Origin: Anaeramoeba ignava BMAN
Lineage: Eukaryota; Protista; Anaeramoebae
NCBI GenBank assembly: GCA_028826165.1
Contig: JAPDFW010000004.1
Span: 1 to 64,000, forward strand
DNA length: 64,000 bases
Direction: 5' to 3'
The position numbers and the translations under genes were made by a program. Shown here piece after piece: positions 62,593 to 64,000 of this stretch. Position 1 is the first letter of the stretch, and each line of letters begins with the position of its first letter. The notes under the pieces were generated by a model, which was given only the letters and a program-made list of their open reading frames with translations, searched no databases and was not told where the DNA came from.

Positions 62593-63114
62593 TTTTTTTT
62601 AATTTTTTTGTTTGTTTTTTGTTTTTTTTTGTTTTTATTGTTTTTGTTGTTTTATCTTTTGAAAAAAATAAATGAAAATCAATTAGAAAAGAAAAAAAAA
62701 ATGATTTTCATTTTTTTCATTTTTAAAAAAAAGAGTAAAATATTTTTTTTTATTTTTTAATTATTTTTTTATTTTTTAATTAAATAAAAACATTAGTCAG
62801 TTTTAAATTTTATTGAATAATTTTATTTTTTATTTTTCGAAATTTTTTTAATTTAAACAAAAAATATTTTATTCCAATTTTATTTTCTAATTTATCTTTT
62901 ATTGAAAATTTATTAATTTTATTAATTCAATTCAATTCAAAAATAATTTTTCATTTAAATAAAGAAAAGATCAAAATTCCTTCTTTTTTTAATTTTTTTC
63001 TTTTTTCTTTTTTTTTTGTTGATCCAATTTTTTTTGGAATTAAATCAATATTAATAAAAAAAAAAACAGAAAGAAAATTAATCTGAAGATTGATCTCTCT
63101 TTCTTAATTTCATT

Positions 63115-63801
63115 TTAAAATATTTTGATTTGGAATTTTTTGATTTGGAATTTTTTGATTTGGAATTTTTGAATCTGAATTTGAATTTGAATCTGAATTT
63201 GAATCTGAATCTGAATTTGAATTTGAATTTGAATTTGAATCTGAATTTGAATTTGAATTTGAATTTGAATTTGAATTTGAATTTGAATTTTGAATTTGAA
63301 TTTTAATTTTAATTTTGATTTGGAATTTTTTTTTAATTTTGATTTTGATTTTGAATTTGATTTTAATTTTGATTTTGATTTGGAATTTTTTGATCTTAAT
63401 TTTGATTTTGATTTTTTTGATCTTGATTTTGATTTTGATTTGGATTTGGAATTTTTTGAATTTGATTTTTTCCTTTTTTTGTTTTGTGGTTGATTTCTTT
63501 TATTATCTTCTCTTGAAAAATGTTTAGGATCATTAAAATATTTACAATATTTTGAAACAGGACATTGATCACATTTAGGTTTAATTTTAGAACAAATTTC
63601 TTGACCAAATCCAACAATAAGTTTATTAAATTCTTTCCAATTTTCTCTTGGAAGCCATCTTTGTAGTTCTTTTCTTACTTTTTCTGGATTATTATCTTCT
63701 TTAGAAACCCATCCTAATCTTCTAGAAATTACATAAACATGTGTATCAACAGCTAACCCTTCTTTTTTATCAAAACATACCATTAAAATCAAATACGCCA
63801 T
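63115..63801 (-). CDS. NTH1: Endonuclease III (NTH1-like HhH-GPD DNA glycosylase), last exon; 5' part lies outside the window
   Basis: AVDTHVYVISRRLGW, LQRWLPRENW, LIVGFGQEIC and [4Fe-4S] motif C-x6-C-x2-C-x5-C (CSKIKPKCDQCPVSKYC). Preceded by a TAG acceptor and a repeat-filled intron. The low-complexity tail makes the true stop uncertain. Confidence 0.85.
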   Translation of the reverse strand: MAYLILMVCFDKKEGLAVDTHVYVISRRLGWVSKEDNNPEKVRKELQRWLPRENWKEFNKLIVGFGQEICSKIKPKCDQCPVSKYCKYFNDPKHFSREDNKRNQPQNKKRKKSNSKNSKSKSKSKSRSKKSKSKLRSKNSKSKSKLKSNSKSKSKLKKNSKSKLKLKFKFKIQIQIQIQIQIQIQIQIQIQIQIQIQIQIQIQIQIQIQIQKFQIKKFQIKKFQIKIF

Positions 63802-64000
63802 CTAATCAATATTTAATTAATATTTAATTAATATTTAATCAATATTTAATCAATATTTAATTAATATTTAATTAATATTTAATTAATATTTAATTAATAT
63901 TTAATTAATATTTAATTAATATTTAATCAATATTTAATTAATATTTAATATTTAATTAATATTTAATTAATATTTAATCAATATTTAATTAATATTTAAT

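Noticed and set aside
63803-64000. Terminal (TTAATATTTAA)n repeat as a possible telomere
   Set aside because: It ends at a TAG acceptor directly before the NTH1-like exon, so it is another repeat-filled intron.

Overview
Extremely AT-rich, intron-rich eukaryotic nuclear DNA from a protist. Expanded BTB/TLDc families, an intein-bearing organellar Lon protease, N/Q/E-rich tracts and TCATTT initiator-like motifs fit an Anaeramoeba-like metamonad (inference, not searched). Gene order: frameshifted RNF213/mysterin-like giant AAA+ gene (-), BTB-BTB protein (-), divergent G-alpha (-), ANTH/AP180-like adaptor (+), SH3/multi-PH RasGAP (-), ankyrin-repeat gene (+), BTB fragment, a duplicated block of two BTB-TLDc genes around two convergent BTB-coiled-coil-ARM genes, UBA6-like E1 (-), Lon protease with a 340-aa intein (+), Rho GTPase (-) and the 3' end of endonuclease III (-). 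The main finding is mostly invisible in the ORF track. The ankyrin gene at 23125-27648 has one exon per repeat, and between them 18 single-codon (3-nt) exons, each AG|NNN|GT, in eight clusters. They encode the variable residues of each ankyrin beta-hairpin, which is part of the target-binding surface. The ARM genes show a related one-exon-per-repeat design with variable repeat number. All exon structures were read by hand from splice signals and protein consensus, and none is transcript-confirmed.
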